Source of the DNA: Candidatus Eiseniibacteriota bacterium | Lineage (GTDB): Bacteria > Eisenbacteria > RBG-16-71-46 > JABDJR01 | NCBI GenBank assembly: GCA_963762255.1 | Contig: CAVXKA010000001.1 | Location: 800,001 to 864,000, forward strand | Direction of reading: 5' to 3' | DNA length: 64,000 nt | Shown here: in pieces, positions 9,805-19,952 of the stretch | Layout of the letters: each line of letters opens with the position of its first letter | Numbering within the stretch: position 1 is the first letter of the stretch | Position numbers and translations under genes: made by a program | Notes under the pieces: generated by a model | What the model was told of the DNA's origin: nothing | The model's database searches: none | The model's input: only the letters and a program-made list of their open reading frames with translations

Positions 9805-10874
9805 TGATCGCGGTTGTGGTGGGCACGCGGCCAGAGATCGTCAAGATGGCGCCCGTGATCCGCGCCGCGCGCGATCGGCGTGTGCCCTGCCGCGTGCTTC
9901 ACACCGGACAGCATTACTCGTTCTCAATGGACGGGGTGTTCTTCGAGGAACTGGGGCTGCCGCCGCCCGACATCAACCTTGAGGTCGGCTCGGGAAGCCA
10001 CGTTCGCCAGATCGGAACGATCCTGGAGCGCTTGGAGCCCGTGCTTGCGAGCGAGCGACCGGACTGGGTGCTGGTCGAGGGGGACACGAATTCCGTGTTT
10101 GCCGCGGCGCTAGCCGCGCAGAAAGCGGGCATGCGGGTGGGGCACGTCGAGGCGGGTCTGCGATCCAACGATCGCCGCATGCCCGAGGAGATCAATCGGA
10201 TCCTCACCGACCATCTCTCCGAGCTGCTCTTCGCCCCCACGGAGACCGCGCGTCACACGTTGCTGGGCGAGGGCGTGCCCGAAGCCCGCATCCGCGTCAC
10301 CGGCAACACCGTGGTCGACGAGCTGGAGAGACAGCGCGGGCGCGCCGAGGCCGCCGGCGTCCCCGAACGCTTCGGCGTCGCGCGCGGGCACTACGCGGTG
10401 GCCACGGTGCATCGCGGCCGGAACGTGGACGATCCGACGCGGCTGCGGGGGATCCTCGACGGGTTGTCCGCGGTGTCGCGCGTCCTGGATCTTCCGGTGC
10501 TGGCCGCGCTTCACCCGCGCACGACTGCGCGCATGGAGGCGGAGGGGCTTGTCGCCGGTGCCGGCGTGCGGACGCTGCCGCCGCTCTCCTATCTCGACTT
10601 CCTCGGGCTGCACGCCGCCGCGGCGCTCACGCTCACCGACTCGGGCGGACTGCAGGAGGAGGCGTGCTGCCTGCGGGTCCCCTGCGTCGTCCTCCGCGAC
10701 AACACCGAGCGGCCGGAGGCGATCGAAGTCGGCGCCGGCATGCTGGCCGGGGCCGACCCCGCCGCGATCGTCGACTGCGCGCGCACTATGGTGGCGCGGC
10801 CGCGCGATTGGCCCAACCCGTTCGGCGACGGGCACGCCGCCGAACGCATCCTCGACGCGCTCCTGGCTTCCTAG
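9804..10874 (+). CDS. wecB: UDP-N-acetylglucosamine 2-epimerase (non-hydrolysing)
   Basis: GTRPEIVKMAP, HTGQHY, GDTNS, HVEAGLRS, MPEEINR, TDSGGLQEEA, NPFGDG. Confidence 0.95.
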   Translation: MIAVVVGTRPEIVKMAPVIRAARDRRVPCRVLHTGQHYSFSMDGVFFEELGLPPPDINLEVGSGSHVRQIGTILERLEPVLASERPDWVLVEGDTNSVFAAALAAQKAGMRVGHVEAGLRSNDRRMPEEINRILTDHLSELLFAPTETARHTLLGEGVPEARIRVTGNTVVDELERQRGRAEAAGVPERFGVARGHYAVATVHRGRNVDDPTRLRGILDGLSAVSRVLDLPVLAALHPRTTARMEAEGLVAGAGVRTLPPLSYLDFLGLHAAAALTLTDSGGLQEEACCLRVPCVVLRDNTERPEAIEVGAGMLAGADPAAIVDCARTMVARPRDWPNPFGDGHAAERILDALLAS

Positions 10875-10922
10875 ACGTTTGCCGCGCCGTCCTGGCCGCC
10901 GGCGCGGCAAACGCGAAGCCGC

Positions 10923-11861
10923 CTAATTCCCCGAGGCGTTCTTCAACTGCCGGTAAAACTCGCCCTTCGTGGATAGGATGAGCCACGTGTCGTCGTCGAG
11001 CGTGGTCTGGTACGTCTCCATCGTCTTGAGGAACCCGTAGAACGCGCGCGCGTCCGCGGAACGGTTGTAGGCCTTGGCCGAGATCTCGGTGGCGCGGGCG
11101 TCGGCGCGGCCGATGATCTCGCGCGCCTGCTTGTAGGCCTCGGACTGGATGCGCTTGAGTTCCCGCTCCCGCTCGCCGCTGATGCGCGACGCCTCGCCTT
11201 CGCCCTCGGAGCGGAACCGCGATGCGATGCGCTGGCGCTCGGCGATCATCCGCTCGTAGACCTTCTTGCGCACTTCCTCCACGTAGTTGATGCGCTTGAA
11301 CTCGAAGTCGAGGATTTCGATGCCGAGGTCTGTGATGCGTCCCTGCGACGCAAGGAGGATCTCCTCACGGATCTTCTCGCGCCCGATCACGATCGGCTCG
11401 AGCTGGACCTCGTCCTCGGCGACGGTCTCCCCGCGCTGAGGCTCCCGGTTCGTGCTGCGGATGAGCTCCACGAGGTCGTGCTTGGCGATCGCGTTGCGGG
11501 TCTCGCCGTCCAGGATGTCGTCCAGGCGCGTCTGCGCGCCGCGCTCGTTCTGCAGGCGCTGGAAGAAGAGCAGCGGGTCGCTGATGCGCCAGCGCGCGTA
11601 GGTGTCCACGTAGATGAACCGCTTGTCGCGGGTGGGAAGTTGATTCGAGTCCCCTTCCCACTCCAGGAATCGCCGGTCGAAGCGGTGGACGCGCTGGATG
11701 AACGGGGTTTTCGCCTTGAGTCCGGGCGTGTTGATGAGATCGCGGACGGGCTTCCCGAACTCGGTGAGGATCACCTGCTCGTACTCGCTGACCACGAAGA
11801 GCGTGTTGGCGATGACGAGCAGGACGACGAAGCCCAGAACCATGGCGCCGATGCGGATCAT
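10923..11861 (-). CDS. hflC: FtsH protease modulator HflC
   Basis: SPFH domain, VYERMIAERQRIA, EGEGEA. Paired with hflK. Confidence 0.93.
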   Translation of the reverse strand: MIRIGAMVLGFVVLLVIANTLFVVSEYEQVILTEFGKPVRDLINTPGLKAKTPFIQRVHRFDRRFLEWEGDSNQLPTRDKRFIYVDTYARWRISDPLLFFQRLQNERGAQTRLDDILDGETRNAIAKHDLVELIRSTNREPQRGETVAEDEVQLEPIVIGREKIREEILLASQGRITDLGIEILDFEFKRINYVEEVRKKVYERMIAERQRIASRFRSEGEGEASRISGERERELKRIQSEAYKQAREIIGRADARATEISAKAYNRSADARAFYGFLKTMETYQTTLDDDTWLILSTKGEFYRQLKNASGN

Positions 11862-12853
11862 GGCGCCTCCTTTCGGGGCGTCGTGCTCCCATCCAGGTTG
11901 AGCAAGGGCAGGAGCCCCTTCAGATCCTCGTCCACCACGATCTTGCGGGAGACCTTGGGCAGCACGTCGTTCATGGTCTCGAGGTAGATGCGCTTACGGG
12001 TAACCTCGGGGGCGGTCCGGTAGGCCTCGAAGAGGGCCACGAAACGCGCCGAGTCGCCCTGGGCGCGATTCACGCGGTCGAGCGCGTACCCTTCGGCTTC
12101 CTGAATCGCCTTGAGCGCCTCACCTTCGGCGCGAGGAACGACCCGGTTGTACTCCGATTGCGCCTCGTTGATGAGCTTCTCCCGCTCCTGCTGCGCCTGG
12201 TTCACCTCGTTGAAGGAGGGCTTGACCGGATCGGGCGGGTTCACGTCCTGCAGCACCACCTGCTCCACCTTGAGCCCGGTTTCGTAGCGATCGCAGAGAC
12301 CCTGAAGCTGCTGCTCGGCCAGATCGGCGACTTCCTCGCGGCCCACGGTGAGCACCTCGTTCACCGTTCGGTCGCCGACTACCTTCTGCATCACCGCTTC
12401 GCTCATGTCCCGAAACGTCTCCTGCACGTTCCGCACGCGGAACAGGAACTTGTATGGATCCACCACGCGGTACTGCACGACCCACTCCACCTGGGCCGCG
12501 TTCAGATCGCCGGTGAGCATGTTCGCCTCGGGCTCGAAGCCTTGCGTGGAGAACTCGGAGCGCACCTTCGCGACGGTCGTGCGGAAGCCGAACTCCTGCT
12601 TGAGCTGGCGCTGCACCGGCACCTTGGTCACCGTTTCGATCCCGAGGGGGATTCGGAACTGGAGACCGGGATCGGTCGTGCGCACGTACCTCCCGAAGCG
12701 CTGAACCACGCCGACCTGCTCCGGGCCGACGGTGTAGACGCTGGAGAGGATGAAGACGACGGCGATGACGGGAAGTACGAGGCCGCGCAAGAGCCGGATG
12801 GGAATGCGGGGCGGTCGAATGTCGATCGGCCCGCGGGGTCCGCCAAGATTCAT
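11858..12853 (-). CDS. hflK: FtsH protease modulator HflK
   Basis: GVVQRFG, MLTGDLN, QDVNPPDPV, APEVTRKRIYLETM. GGAGG RBS. Confidence 0.93.
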   Translation of the reverse strand: MNLGGPRGPIDIRPPRIPIRLLRGLVLPVIAVVFILSSVYTVGPEQVGVVQRFGRYVRTTDPGLQFRIPLGIETVTKVPVQRQLKQEFGFRTTVAKVRSEFSTQGFEPEANMLTGDLNAAQVEWVVQYRVVDPYKFLFRVRNVQETFRDMSEAVMQKVVGDRTVNEVLTVGREEVADLAEQQLQGLCDRYETGLKVEQVVLQDVNPPDPVKPSFNEVNQAQQEREKLINEAQSEYNRVVPRAEGEALKAIQEAEGYALDRVNRAQGDSARFVALFEAYRTAPEVTRKRIYLETMNDVLPKVSRKIVVDEDLKGLLPLLNLDGSTTPRKEAP

Positions 12854-13047
12854 CGGTGGGCCCTCCTTTCGGACGGGGTAACAGCGTGTGTCCGGCAATC
12901 ATAGGGGGTGTGGGACAGCCTGAATACCCGCTTCCCCCCAGACGCCTTAAAGTACAAAATCCAAATTACGGATCGCGCGGCACCCGTCGCGGGGCCCTAA
13001 GCTAGACGCTGTCTTGGTGCGTCCCAAAGGATTTGAAGGGAGTTTTC

Positions 13048-15369
13048 ATGAGCGTAACCGACAAGCAGGCCCTCGAGTACCACTCGCAAGGGCGTAAGGG
13101 CAAGATCGAGGTCGTTTCCACCAAGCCGTGCAGCACGCAGCACGAGCTGTCCCTCGCCTACACGCCTGGCGTGGCCGTTCCCTGTCTGGCGATCGAGAAA
13201 GATCCCGACCTCGCCTTCGAGTACACCGCGAGAGGGAACCTGGTAGCGGTCGTCACCGACGGCACCGCGGTCCTGGGGCTGGGCAACATCGGCGCTCTGG
13301 CCGGCAAGCCGGTCATGGAGGGCAAGGCCGTCCTCTTCAAGCGCTTTGCCGACATCGACGTCTTCGACATCGAACTCGCCACCACCGACCCCAAGGAGAT
13401 CATCCGCACGGTGCAGCTTCTCGAGCCCACCTTCGGCGGGATCAACCTGGAAGACATCAAAGCTCCCGAGTGCTTCGTGATCGAGGAAGAGCTGCGCAAG
13501 ACGATGCAGATCCCGGTCTTCCACGACGACCAGCACGGGACCGCCATCATCTCCGGCGCCGCGCTCATGAACGCGATGCTCATCACCAACCGCAAGTGGG
13601 CGGACGCGAAGGTCGTGGTGAGTGGAGCCGGGGCCAGCGGCATGGCCTGCGCCGCGCACTACCTCGCGCTGGGCATCAAGCGAGAGAACGTCATCCTCGT
13701 CGACACCAAGGGCGTCGTCTACAAGGGCCGCAAGGATGGCATGAACGTCTACAAGGAGCGCTGGGCGGTCGACACCGAGGCGCGCACCCTGGCCGACGCC
13801 ATCAAGGGCGCCGACATCTTCCTGGGCTGCTCCGCGAAGGGGCTTCTCACCAAGGAGATGGTGCGGTCGATGGCCGACAAGCCGATCGTCTTCGCGATGG
13901 CCAACCCCGATCCCGAGATCTCCTACGACGACGCCAAGGCGGCGCGCGACGACGTTCTCATCGCGACCGGGCGTTCGGACTATCCGAACCAGGTGAACAA
14001 CGTGCTCGGGTTCCCCTTCATCTTCCGCGGCGCCCTCGACGTGCGTGCCCGCCAGATCACCGAGGGGATGAAGGTCGCGGCCAGCCACGCGCTCGCCAAC
14101 CTGACCCGCGAGGACGTGCCGGACGAAGTGGCGCGGGCCTACGGCCTCAGCCGTCTCCACTTCGGCGCCGACTACATCATCCCCAAGCCGTTCGATCATC
14201 GCGTTCTCATCTGGGAGGCGGCGGCGGTCGCGGAAGCTGCGATGAAGGACGGTGTCGCCCGGCTCAAAATCGACATCGAGGAGTACAAGGAGAAGCTCGA
14301 AGCGCGTCTCGGCCGGACCCGGGCGGTGGTGCGTGTCCTCATCACCAAGGCCAAGAAGGCCAAGGAGCGGATCGTTTACCCGGAGGGCGAGAACCTCACC
14401 ATCATCCGCGCGGCGCGGTCGGTGGCCGATCAGGGGATCGGGCAGCCGATTCTGCTCGGCAAGCCCGCCGAGATCCAGCGGATCACCAAAGAAGAAGGCA
14501 TCTCGCTCGACGGCATCACCGTTCTTAACCCGATCGAGTTCGACCGGCTCGATGCCTACACCAAGGCGTTCTTCGAACTGCGCCAGCGCAAGGGCGAGAC
14601 CATGGCCACCGCGCGGCGCCATGTCCTGCGCCCGCAGTACTTCGGCCCGATGATGGTGCGGATGGGCGACGCCGACGCGCTCATCAACGGCATCGGGCTC
14701 CACTACCCGGAGGCGCTCAAGCCCGCGCTCGAGATCATCGGGACTCGGCCGGGGGTCAAAAAGATCGCCGGGATGACGCTGGTGCTCACGCGCGACGACG
14801 TGTACGTGTTTGCCGATACCACGGTGAACATCGACCCGACGGCGGAGGAGCTGGCTGACATCGCGGCGCTGGTCGCTGAAGAGGCGCGTATCTTCGACAT
14901 CGAGCCCAAGGTGGCGCTGCTGTCGTTCTCGAACTTCGGAAGCGTCCGGCATCCGCTGTCGCAGAAGGTCGCCGAGGCGGCCAGAATCCTGCGCAAGCGT
15001 CATCCGGAGCTGGTGTGCGACGGCGAGGTACAGGCCGACACCGCGGTGGTGCCTGAGATTCTGGCCGAGAACTACGGGTTCTCACCGCTTCAGGGCGGGG
15101 CCAACGTGCTGATCTTCCCCGGCCTGGAGGCGGGCAACATCGCCTACAAGCTCGTCCAGCGTCTCGGCCACGCTGAGATCCTGGGCCCCATTCTGGTGGG
15201 GATGGCCAGCCCGGTCCTGATCGCCCAGCACTCCGGGTTCACCGCGGCCGACGTGGTCAACATGTCGGCGATCGCTGCGGCGGACTCGGCGAGGCGCCGC
15301 GCCAAGGAAGAGGCGGCGAAGCAGCCGGCCAAGAAGGCCGCGGCGCCGGTGGGGGCGTCGCGACGCTAG
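13048..15369 (+). CDS. maeB: NADP-dependent malic enzyme fused to a PTA-like domain
   Basis: [56 protein letters not shown]-terminal LLSFSNFGS and GNIAYKL. Confidence 0.96.
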   Translation: MSVTDKQALEYHSQGRKGKIEVVSTKPCSTQHELSLAYTPGVAVPCLAIEKDPDLAFEYTARGNLVAVVTDGTAVLGLGNIGALAGKPVMEGKAVLFKRFADIDVFDIELATTDPKEIIRTVQLLEPTFGGINLEDIKAPECFVIEEELRKTMQIPVFHDDQHGTAIISGAALMNAMLITNRKWADAKVVVSGAGASGMACAAHYLALGIKRENVILVDTKGVVYKGRKDGMNVYKERWAVDTEARTLADAIKGADIFLGCSAKGLLTKEMVRSMADKPIVFAMANPDPEISYDDAKAARDDVLIATGRSDYPNQVNNVLGFPFIFRGALDVRARQITEGMKVAASHALANLTREDVPDEVARAYGLSRLHFGADYIIPKPFDHRVLIWEAAAVAEAAMKDGVARLKIDIEEYKEKLEARLGRTRAVVRVLITKAKKAKERIVYPEGENLTIIRAARSVADQGIGQPILLGKPAEIQRITKEEGISLDGITVLNPIEFDRLDAYTKAFFELRQRKGETMATARRHVLRPQYFGPMMVRMGDADALINGIGLHYPEALKPALEIIGTRPGVKKIAGMTLVLTRDDVYVFADTTVNIDPTAEELADIAALVAEEARIFDIEPKVALLSFSNFGSVRHPLSQKVAEAARILRKRHPELVCDGEVQADTAVVPEILAENYGFSPLQGGANVLIFPGLEAGNIAYKLVQRLGHAEILGPILVGMASPVLIAQHSGFTAADVVNMSAIAAADSARRRAKEEAAKQPAKKAAAPVGASRR

Positions 15370-15397
15370 CCACCGCATCGACCTGATCGAACGAGGG

Positions 15398-15428
15398 AGG
15401 GCCGCTCGCAAGGGCGGCCCTTCGATTT
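15398..15428 (+). terminator. Probable intrinsic terminator after maeB
   Basis: Hairpin AGGGCCGCTC-GCAA-GGGCGGCCCT followed by TCGATTT. Confidence 0.55.
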
Positions 15429-15516
15429 CCCCCCCCCCCCCGTTGCGACAGGGGCCGCATGATACAATGTGAGCTACTCTTAAGGGCTGCCTTCCAACTT
15501 TTTGAGGGGGTGGGCG

Positions 15517-18132
15517 ATGGCTCGATTCGCGATTGCGACCCGACCCGGTGGTTCGAAGTCCTTCCGGTGTCTCCCCCGCGTTGTCGTTCCCGTCGTCTTC
15601 ATGGCAATGATGGGGATCCTGTCCTGGACCGCGGGAGAAGTGCTGAGCGCGTCACCGGTGAACGTGGCGCCTTCGGTCGAGTTCGTCACGACCCCGCTGG
15701 GTGGGGCGATCGTGCCGGCGCGCATCTCGATCGCATGGGGCGGCACCGATCCCGACGGCCTCATCGATCACTACGAGTATTCGGTGGACGTACAGGAGTG
15801 GGTCGCGACTCCGGACACGATCGTGAGCTTCGTGTTCTCGACCCCCGAAGCTGAATCCACGATGGCCGGCAGCGTAAAACTGCCGCTCGCGTACTTCCGG
15901 GGCGCTCACACCCTGCGGGTTCGGGCTGTGGACAACGAGGGTGCCACCTCCGTTCCTGCGAGCGCGACCTTCACGACGCGCACGCAAACACCGGAGGCGA
16001 TGATCACGAAGCCGAATATCGAAGCGTCGATTCTCGCCTTGGGTCCCACCATACGGATAGCGTGGGACGGGGTGGATCCAGACGGACCTCCGGAGCACCT
16101 GCGGCCGGTCGGCTATTACTACAAGTTTCTGCGCCTGGACACGCTCACCCCGCCATTCCCCATCCTCCGAGCCTCCGCCCAGATCCTCTACCAGATGGGT
16201 GGCGATTGGCTCTACTCGAGCGCGGACTCCCTGGAGCACGTGTTCTCCCTGGGGGTGCCGGGGCAGTACGTGGTTGGCGTGAGGGCGGTGGATGAATCGG
16301 GGGCGGTCGAACCGTTTCTCCGGTTCGACCGGAACGCCTTCAGGTTCCAAGCCGGGGCAGATTGGGGCAAGCCGAACCTCACCCTTCAGGAGCCGATTCT
16401 GGGCGAGTGGTCGTGTTACCAGCCCGACACGTTCGACGTGAAAGCGCCGATGTTCAGACCCCTGCGTTTCACGGTTTCCTGCGACGCGAGTGCTCAAGGA
16501 GAGACGTGCCCAGACATGCGATGGGGACTCGACCTCGCCGATCCCGCCCAGCCCGCCGGCTGGTCGGAGTGGCTTCCGGTCGGAGCCCTTCCTCCGCTCA
16601 CGTTCTTCGACCCGGCGGTGCATCGCCTATTCGTTCAGGTTCGCGATTCTTACGATGCGGTCACGACCGGGCTCCTGCGCATTGAGGTCATCGAGTTCCC
16701 CTTCGACCGTGAGGTCCTTTGGGTCGACGATTGCCGCGATGCGACCTATCCGAGAGACACCCAGCACGATGCGTTCTGGGCCTCGCTCTTCCGGGACTCC
16801 GGCCGGTTCGGGGGGGATTGGACCACGAGCACTCAGGTCTTCCGATACGAAACCTTCGGCCCCAACGATACCGGCACGACGACACCCAACCCGCCGAGCT
16901 TGGCCGAACTGGCGCACTATCGACTCGTCATCTGGGAGACCAACGGGTCCGGATACAATGGGTACTCCGGGTTGCTTGCTTCGGCTTCGGCCAGCCGCGA
17001 CCTGGCGACGTATCTCGCTGCCGGAGGAAACCTCTGGGTGGGCGGCGCACTCACCCTTGTAGCCCTGCTCCCTCCCACACCGGCCGGGCAGGCCGACTTC
17101 GTCTACCCCAAGGACGTGGCCCAACAGCCCAACAGCTTCGCCTATCGATTCATGAAGCTGGCCTCGTCTCAAATCATGAACGCGAAGGGGACCGTTCCCA
17201 ACAGTAATCTGGTCGGTGCCCTGGTGTTCCCCGGCAAGTCGCCCGTCTATCCTGCCATGCAACAGGACGTCGCCAAGGTGAGTCCTTACAAGATGTCCGT
17301 ATCTCACTGCGATGCCATCTTCGGCCCCATCTTCGCGCACGACGCGGGACTCCTCGGCGTGATCGACTCCCTCTACGCGTATCAGGCCAAAGTCACGACG
17401 AGCACCTATCATAACCGGCTTGTCGCCTTGCGCTGGCACGACCCGTCGCCTGCGCCCTTCCACGGGCGCGTACAGTGGTTCGGCTTCCCGCTCTACTACA
17501 TGAAGCAGGCGCAGGCCCAGGAGACCTTCAACCGCTCGATCGACTGGTTCCGCGATGGGGGCGCGATTCCGGTGACGATGGTCTACTTCACCGCCGACCG
17601 TCAGGATGACCGAGTGGTCCTGGCGTGGGCCGTCGCCGAGGCCTCGGATCACGTCGGGTTCCATGTCTACCGCGAGGTTCCGGGCGGCGAACGCGAACAA
17701 CTCACCGGGGAATTTCTGGCTGGCCGCGATGCCTACACCTTCACGGACCCGAACCCGCCCTCCCGAACGGTGGACTACTGGTTAGCCGAGCACGGCCGGG
17801 CGGGTGGTGTGACCTGGTTCGGTCCGGTTCGTGTAGAGGAGGCAATGCCAATCCCCGCCCTCGTGCTGGGGGCGCCGCTTCCCAACCCCTTCGCCGATGG
17901 GACGCGCATCTCATACTCGCTCCCCGCGGCGAGTCGAGTGCGGCTAAGCGTTTTCGACATCCTCGGGCGTCGCGTGATCGACCTTGTCGATGAACTCCGG
18001 CCCTCGGGGACGCACACGGCGGTCTGGAGCGGATCGGGGGAAGACGGGCGCAAGGTCGCGGCCGGCTTCTACCTCGTGCGCCTGCAGGCGGGAGATGAGA
18101 TTCGGGTGCGGAAGGTGGCTCTGATCCGCTGA
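15517..18132 (+). CDS. Large secreted protein with Ig/FN3-like repeats and C-terminal FlgD-Ig (T9SS-CTD-like) domain
   Basis: Signal-like N-terminus and two WxGxDPDG...(L/G)VRAVD repeats. C-terminal PNPFADGTRISYSLP...VFDILGRRV...AAGFYLVRL. Confidence 0.85.
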   Translation: MARFAIATRPGGSKSFRCLPRVVVPVVFMAMMGILSWTAGEVLSASPVNVAPSVEFVTTPLGGAIVPARISIAWGGTDPDGLIDHYEYSVDVQEWVATPDTIVSFVFSTPEAESTMAGSVKLPLAYFRGAHTLRVRAVDNEGATSVPASATFTTRTQTPEAMITKPNIEASILALGPTIRIAWDGVDPDGPPEHLRPVGYYYKFLRLDTLTPPFPILRASAQILYQMGGDWLYSSADSLEHVFSLGVPGQYVVGVRAVDESGAVEPFLRFDRNAFRFQAGADWGKPNLTLQEPILGEWSCYQPDTFDVKAPMFRPLRFTVSCDASAQGETCPDMRWGLDLADPAQPAGWSEWLPVGALPPLTFFDPAVHRLFVQVRDSYDAVTTGLLRIEVIEFPFDREVLWVDDCRDATYPRDTQHDAFWASLFRDSGRFGGDWTTSTQVFRYETFGPNDTGTTTPNPPSLAELAHYRLVIWETNGSGYNGYSGLLASASASRDLATYLAAGGNLWVGGALTLVALLPPTPAGQADFVYPKDVAQQPNSFAYRFMKLASSQIMNAKGTVPNSNLVGALVFPGKSPVYPAMQQDVAKVSPYKMSVSHCDAIFGPIFAHDAGLLGVIDSLYAYQAKVTTSTYHNRLVALRWHDPSPAPFHGRVQWFGFPLYYMKQAQAQETFNRSIDWFRDGGAIPVTMVYFTADRQDDRVVLAWAVAEASDHVGFHVYREVPGGEREQLTGEFLAGRDAYTFTDPNPPSRTVDYWLAEHGRAGGVTWFGPVRVEEAMPIPALVLGAPLPNPFADGTRISYSLPAASRVRLSVFDILGRRVIDLVDELRPSGTHTAVWSGSGEDGRKVAAGFYLVRLQAGDEIRVRKVALIR

Positions 18133-18163
18133 TGACAAGACGATCACCAGGGTCGGATCGGGA

Positions 18164-18763
18164 CTAGCCCTCCGGCACCCAGCAGTTCTGCGCGAAGTCG
18201 TACCGATATCGTGCGAGGCCTCCGGTCGGTCTGGCGTTGACGTCGTTCGCGCCGTAGACGGGGTGGCTTCGGTGCAGCTCTCCGTTCAGGATGCTGAAGG
18301 TGTCCTGTCCACGGTGACCGCGCGCGCCGGCATCGTCGATGGGCGCTATCTCCCGCTTCACGATCCCCGCTTCTGTGAGCGAGTAGACCGCCACCGACCC
18401 GTACGAGCCGCTCCCCGCGGATGTGGTGGCGACGATCAGGTCGAGCGCTCCATCCCAGCCCAGATCGCGCAGCCAGACGTTGGCGATGGTGCCGTCGCGC
18501 TCTCCCTGGACCTGCAGGGTGCTGCTGTCCGGGAAAGAGATCTCGGCCTGCCAGGTGCCCGCCGAGGCGCTCTCCCCGGCCGGCACCCAGATCCGCGCCG
18601 TCACCTCGCCGTCCCGCGCGGTGGCGGCGTAGCTGTAGGCCTGCTTCGCAGCGGCCCGCTCGGTCTTGTCGAGAGGCTTCAGCTCCTCTGGCTCCTTCGT
18701 GTCCATACAGGCGGAGAGCGCGAGCAGGCAGGCGATGCCGGTCGCAAGGGAGAGCTTTCGCAT
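18164..18763 (-). CDS. PliI-family I-type lysozyme inhibitor lipoprotein
   Basis: Lipobox LSAC. GESASAG, RDGTI, SAGSGSYG and GHRGQDTF match PliI conserved blocks. Confidence 0.75.
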   Translation of the reverse strand: MRKLSLATGIACLLALSACMDTKEPEELKPLDKTERAAAKQAYSYAATARDGEVTARIWVPAGESASAGTWQAEISFPDSSTLQVQGERDGTIANVWLRDLGWDGALDLIVATTSAGSGSYGSVAVYSLTEAGIVKREIAPIDDAGARGHRGQDTFSILNGELHRSHPVYGANDVNARPTGGLARYRYDFAQNCWVPEG

Positions 18764-18935
18764 CAGATTCCTCCTCCCCCGGCGGGGGGCCGAGGCCATT
18801 TTGCCTCTTTCAGCTTGCGCGGCGCTACATGTGTCGTGTTCCCCGCGAGGCTTCAACTCGGCCGCCCACCGGCCGATAACTTCTCCAGGACCGGCGGGCG
18901 GGGCCCGCGTCAACACGACCCGGAGAAAGATCGCC

Positions 18936-19931
18936 ATGACCGACAACGCCGCTTCCCTGCCGCCATTGGCCACCCTTCTGGAGAGCATCTTTCGCGATGC
19001 TCCGGAGCACTTCGTCGTCCTCGATCCCGACCTCAAGGTCTGCATCGCGGGCGAGACATTTCGGCGGTCGGTTGGGCTCGAACGTCGCCGCGACGTGAGC
19101 TTCCTCGAGACCGTCGAGCGATTCTCGCTGGGCAAGACGCGTGAGACCTTCGAGGCGCTGCGCCAAGGCAGCGGCGAACACCGCGCGCTCGAGGTCTACC
19201 ATCGACGGGCCGGCGGCGAGGCATTTCCGGTGGCGTACTCCTGGGTGTCGTGCATGGACGAAAGCGGCGCCTGCCGGGCGTTCATCGGCATCGGCCGCGA
19301 ATCGTCCGCTGAAGCACCCACTTCGACTCAGGAAGTGAAAGGCCTGCGCGCCGAACTCGAGAAGACACGGGTCGACATGGAGCGGCGGTCCAAGGAGATC
19401 GCGCGCCTGCGCGAGGAGCTGCAGAACCATAGCGCGCTCGACGAGGCGACCGGGCTCGCCAACCGGCGCACCGCGCTGGCGCGTCTCGAGATCGAAGTGC
19501 CGCGCGCGATACGCTACGGCGAGCCGCTGACACTCATGCTCGTCGACATCGATCATCTCGATTCCGTCAACGAAACCTACGGACATGAAAAGGGTGACGA
19601 GGTCGTGGTCCAGGTGGCAGCCCTCGTCCGCGAGCAGATCCGTACCACCGATCTCGCCGCACGCTACGACGGCGAGGAGTTCCTGGTCATCTGCCCGCAC
19701 ACCGACCGAGCGAGCGCGCAGTTCCTGGCCGAGCGGCTGCGACGGCGGATCGCCGAAATGTCGTTCCAGGCGGACGGGGAAGAGTTCGGCGTGACGATCT
19801 CGGCCGGACTCGTGAGCGTCAGCGGGGGGAACGAGTTCGACGTCGACGCGGTGCTGCGCGCGGTCGATCAGGCGCTGGAGTCGGCCAAGAACGGCGGGCG
19901 GAACCGCGTGCGGCTCGCCGAGGTCAGCTAG
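18936..19931 (+). CDS. PAS-coiled coil-GGDEF protein with degenerate DGEEF site
   Basis: DEATGLANRR, DIDHLDSVNETYGHEKGD, RYDGEEF, AKNGGRN. Confidence 0.88.
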   Translation: MTDNAASLPPLATLLESIFRDAPEHFVVLDPDLKVCIAGETFRRSVGLERRRDVSFLETVERFSLGKTRETFEALRQGSGEHRALEVYHRRAGGEAFPVAYSWVSCMDESGACRAFIGIGRESSAEAPTSTQEVKGLRAELEKTRVDMERRSKEIARLREELQNHSALDEATGLANRRTALARLEIEVPRAIRYGEPLTLMLVDIDHLDSVNETYGHEKGDEVVVQVAALVREQIRTTDLAARYDGEEFLVICPHTDRASAQFLAERLRRRIAEMSFQADGEEFGVTISAGLVSVSGGNEFDVDAVLRAVDQALESAKNGGRNRVRLAEVS

Positions 19932-19952
19932 GCGCCCGTCTGCGGATGTCCG

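Noticed and set aside
10923-15369. hflKC and maeB as possible novelty
   Set aside because: Canonical, well-known genes with ordinary architecture.
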